A DNA stretch of 64,000 nucleotides, taken from contig JABANN010000071.1 in the NCBI GenBank assembly GCA_013115125.1, positions 1-64,000 of the forward strand, given 5' to 3'. Below the pieces are notes generated by a model. The model made no database searches. It saw only the letters and a program-made list of their open reading frames with translations, and had not been told where the DNA came from. This stretch comes from Perkinsus olseni (taxonomy: Eukaryota). The number at the start of each line of letters is the position of its first letter. Positions within the stretch are counted from its first letter, which is position 1. The position numbers and the translations under genes are program-made. This document shows, in pieces, positions 59,549 to 64,000 of this stretch.

Positions 59549-60249
59549 TCACCAAGCACCTCCTCCCAATGGGCTTGAGGGTGTGCTAGTGAATTGGAAT
59601 ACTGTCCCTTCCCCATGAGAGTTGACTGTGGGATCGGCATATTTTCTATTCTTATAGTATTTCTCATCGAATACCCGAAACCTCTCTAAGAACCTGTGAG
59701 AGAGTCACCACAGCTGGCTTCTCAGCACAGCTATTCACCCACCTTCGAAAGTGAACTCTTCGGGCCTCGTCGGCTTTCCCATGACCATGCATCTTGAGAC
59801 AGTCCAAATGCCTACGTGAAAGACCTCATGGCCACGATGGAGCGAAGGGTGCATCTTACAGTGCTGCCTGAACTTGACATCTCTCCACAAACCGCTGAGG
59901 TTTGAGAGACATGCAATTTCTGAACCTCAGCCACGTATCATGACAGCGATGAGTTGAAGAGTTGGCCTGATGTAGCGAAGGGTTTGTGCAACACTGTGCC
60001 TATAGTCCCCACCCATCCCAGCTTGAACTGCTGTATGATTCTCCTCCCTTGACCGTATCTGATGTAAAGGGGCTCAAAAGAACGGCGCATGGGGAGTGGA
60101 ACCTACGGCATTAAAGGGAACTTGGCGTGAAGCTCCATTCGGCGGAAATCCGGCAGAATCGGGTGGGACTTCCTCTTGGAGCAGCCATTCATTTTGATAG
60201 AGATTCCTGTCGGATTGATCGACGGCCGATCTTTCCAACGCAAGAGCAT
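59549..60249 (-). CDS. Twin CX9C (CHCH) domain protein, 5 exons
   Basis: Four GT-AG introns in consistent phase give MLLRWKDRPSIN...CHDTWLRFRNC...CQVQAALHLDC...FLERFRVFDEKYY...GGGAW*. Confidence 0.7.
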
Positions 60250-60898
60250 AAGAGAAGTTACTTTGAAGATGTTACTGTAACAATGACAGTGGCATATGTT
60301 GTTGATTGCCGTTATGAAATAATGATAATGGTACAGAGGTGTTGAACAATGCACAGACTAGAAGAAAGGAGTCCTAACAATACCACCACAGCCACCTCAC
60401 GTAGCAGGTATTGTTAATATTGTCATTATTAGTCGTAATTAACAGAATGATCATCTGAGGGACACGGCAGAGCCATTAGCGCTGGGTGAAGGAATGAAAG
60501 ATATAGTAGCGGTCACACACACCAGCACGAGGGAATGACAGTCAAAAAGCAGCAGTGGCAGCAGCAGCATGAGGCAATAGTATGAATGAGGAAGGCACAT
60601 CATAGTAGCAATGGTGTTGATGATGATAATCAAAGCATGCAGTGTTGACGACAATAATGATGCTGATGATAGGACTAGTGTACATGGCGAGGCATAATCA
60701 ACGGAATGATGAAAAGCGGGATGAAATATTGCTTCTCTGATGAGAACTGCTCGACGACGCCCGCAGTAGACCCAAAGCTATATAGCGTAGTATCGACCCC
60801 AGTGGTCGTGATGATGATAACAGCTCTTCTAAGACTAAACATGATGCCCAGTGTTGGCTAGGTGGTAGTAGCAGCACATCGTGTGGATGATGGAGACC

Positions 60899-63800
60899 CT
60901 ATTTCCAGCCTTGCTGCCGACCAATTTCGTATAACTGTTTGATCTTATCGTCCAGAGTGCCCTCAGCCTCGAGTTCTTGGTACCTGGGGGAGAACTCACG
61001 AGCGATGACAGAAGCCTATGAGAGCATACTTGCGGTAGAGCTGAAGAGCGGCCCTTGCATCCTCGACGCTGCAATGCGTGTCCGTTTGGATAGAGCTTCC
61101 CAGGAGATGCTGAGCCAGGAACTTCAGTGATAGATATCGCTGACCGGGGAGATGGAACAGCTCGACGGTATCCCGGATGTTGCGCTGGGGCACGAAGAGG
61201 TTGATAATCCTGAGCATCCAGAGTAGAGTACTAATATTTAAAGACAACTGCCTACCTGAAGTCGGTGGACAGGCCGTGACCGACAAAGCGGCAACCACAA
61301 TCAACTAGGAAGCGCAGCTTCTCGCACACGGACTTGCTGCTGACCAACCAGTGCCTGGATGTCTTGGGATCGAGATCACCAGGGACGAGACCTAAGATGG
61401 GGGGATGCGAGAGCCATGCAGATGACGTAGGAGCTCACCAGAGAAGCGCGTGACGAAGTCCTTGATCTCTGACTCATCTATCCGCAAATAATGGTCGATG
61501 AAGGGCGTGCCCTCCTTGATGCCTTCGTCCCCATCATCAGGATTCATCGGATCAGCTCGCAGCACAGATACTCGGCCAACAGCCATCTCGCCGGGGGAGG
61601 AGACCTCCTTACTGCCGTCCTCGCGGATCTCGACGCTAGCCAGGCCCATGGCGACAAATTCGGCATCTAATGCAACGGTGAGACCACCGTGGAGCAGCCG
61701 GTCGATCTCCTTCTCTGTCAAAGGCACGAAGTTGCGAGTAATTCTGGCGGACTCAGGATCAGCGTTAAGGCAATGGTCCTCGAGGAACATATCCAAACTG
61801 CAATGACAACCAGGAGGTATCGTCCCCATCTGAAGGGAAAACCGAACGTCATCCACTCTGCCACTGTTGAGCTTGAGGCCTACCCCGTCTGGGTGAAGGG
61901 TAGCCGAGGACAATGGTGTTGCGGTACCAAGCTGTCTATCGTGCACTGCCACTTGTGCCAACGACCGCTTCTGAACATAAACTGCAAGAACGGGCGTCCT
62001 CCACTCCGGACCGAAGTCCACAGCTTCTTGTCTGAAATACGGTGAGTGGAAAGCAATACCACACCATGAGTAACTCCTCACCGTGCGCTAGGGGTAATGA
62101 CAAAGTCGTTGAGCACCATCCAGTTGGAGTCCTCCTCCTCGTCCTCTTCAGTTGAGGTTGCCCCCTCGCTTGTGGGTGGTGATGGTGATACCGAGTCCCC
62201 ATGGCCCGATCCAGCACCACTTCCCACGGAGCTGGCTGCTGCAGCATACGACCGCCCAGCCACGGCGGCTGCATAACTGAACGGTCGTGGGATCTGGGAG
62301 CTGCTGAGTGATGCCTGGTAAGTGGGACTAGGGTGTGATACCACTCCGGGAGACATAAACCTAGTAGGAGTGCCTTTCGGTGGGGTAGGTATCACACCAA
62401 CACCAGCAGGGGTGCCTGCTACCCCAACGCCAGCCCCAACGGCAGCAGCACCCTCAGCGGGAGGTGGTGGCCCTCGGGCTGATGAGCTCATACTCGGGCC
62501 TCTTGCAGTACCACTAGTCCTGTATGTATCCGTATGGTAGTCGGGAGGTATGTTGGTTATACCGACTAGATGCCCTTGAGGGCACTTCCTCTTTGGTCGG
62601 TCCCTCACATGTAAGGCTACCGACTGCAGCTCGTACTTGTAGTAGTTACCCCTAGGCCTTGGGAGGGCGTTGCTATTGTTGTTCTTAGCGCTGATAGAGT
62701 ACGGCTTAGTGGTGGAGACGTCTGTGATTAATGTACGGTCATGGGGGTCATTGTACCCCAGCCACAGCGTTGCGGGCAGAAAATCTCTACCACCAACGGA
62801 CCAGAATGCAGCTTGAGTTTCAGTCCTCGGGCAAATGTCCATCAGCAGGACCGGGGGACTACCATGCCCACCCACGAGCGATGGTCGTAGCATGCTGACA
62901 AAAGCAGCATGGTCTGGTTTAAGGGCATGCCCGTCATCAGCCTCGTCGCTATCCTCAGTTGCCGCCTCTCCGTGAGTGCCACCATCAGTGTCCGTCTCGC
63001 TTTCTCCGGATTCACTCTCCTGCGTTGTTTCGCCATGCGGCTCTCCTTCCTCGTCCTCCTCGGTACTGGTGGCGGCGGCGGCCTCGGCATCACGACATCT
63101 CTCTACAGCCTCTTGCAGTTCCTCATCACTCGGGAGCTGTAGCGTGACGAACGGGCTCGCAGGGACACCGTGCGGAGGGGACAGACCGAAGAGCCTCGAC
63201 ACTATGTTGGCCGATGGGTGATGGCGTATGGCTGATAACGGCGGCGAGTATCCACTGGGTAGAGGGGAGGATCCCCGGGAGGAGGGACTCGAACTAGCAG
63301 TACGCTTGCATGACAGTAGCACGTGCTTGAGTAGGAGTATCCCTTTATGCCCCATGCTGAGGGCCGGGTGGTTGCTGTCAACGGGCTCACGAAGCTCCGC
63401 CGGTGCTGTTGCCTTCAATGTCCTCAGCAGTCGAGTACATTGGCATATCTGAAGAAGACGAGTAGCGGTTGGAGTGGTATCGATAGTATTACCCTATTGC
63501 TAGCGAACATCAACTGTTCCATCATACGGAAGACATAGCCTAGTTCGCAATACACGCATACAACCTCAGTACACACGTGTTTCTCAGCAGCTTGCATCAA
63601 TGGCCGGATGAAGTAGAGGATCTAAGCATCACGATGACGATGGAGGGCCTTGAGGATGCCCATGCGGTGGGCTACATGGGTTATGGCATTATTGCAGAAC
63701 TCTATGCCATTCCAATTACTGCCACCGTAGCTGTTGTCGAGGCCGCATACAAACCTCGAACGATTGTACTTGGCGAAGGGGAAGCGGTTATAGTTCTGAC

Positions 63801-64000
63801 CGTGATCGATCTCGGTGAACTGGAACCTGAAGGGCCTCGTATAACGAGCATGTCACTACGGTATGATGATGATGACACTACCGTCGAGGTATCCTGGTCA
63901 GACCAGTGACAGGGTCCTTCTCCTCCTCTGCACTCTCGGTCAGAATGTCCGAAAGCTGTGATTCAGCACGGGGTTGCCTGCAGGCACACACAGTCTAAGC
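60899..64000 (-). CDS. PAN2: PAN2 poly(A) nuclease, 3' portion (UCH-like region plus DEDDh exonuclease), multi-exon, truncated by the window edge
   Basis: VALDAEFV, FIDHYL...DFVTRFSG, IRDTVELFHLPGQRYLSLKFLA, THCSVEDARAALQLYRKY, WMVLNDFVI. Confidence 0.9.

Overview
This is a gene-dense eukaryotic window with many short (~40-60 nt) GT-AG introns and long same-strand gene blocks. The style, plus a Sec7-PH-TBC fusion gene, points to an alveolate, most likely Perkinsus (inference). Recognisable genes: delta-12 desaturase, UDP-sugar transporter, chlorite-dismutase/ChdC-like heme protein, TPI, HIT-like protein, adenylate-kinase-8-like protein, spermidine synthase, rhodanese, GT10 fucosyltransferase, GT47 exostosin, Sec7/TBC protein, S41-like protease, two acyl-CoA dehydrogenases, succinyl-CoA ligase beta, a twin-CX9C protein and PAN2. 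Two gene-poor zones (about 20.4-27.7 kb and 49.7-52.2 kb) hold decayed retroelements, and the first also holds a three-copy secreted-protein family. These zones carry at least nine perfect and two near-perfect 22-nt zigzag motifs of the form A[1-7]+revcomp(A)+A[2-8], each with a different 8-mer. That is the pattern expected for hairpin-type (hAT-like) transposon excision footprints. The other highlight is an intron-containing nucleotidyltransferase-fold gene, recalled as resembling virophage V21-type proteins. It abuts, and may be spliced to, a pseudokinase-ankyrin-2TM gene. Exon boundaries were read by eye and are approximate.
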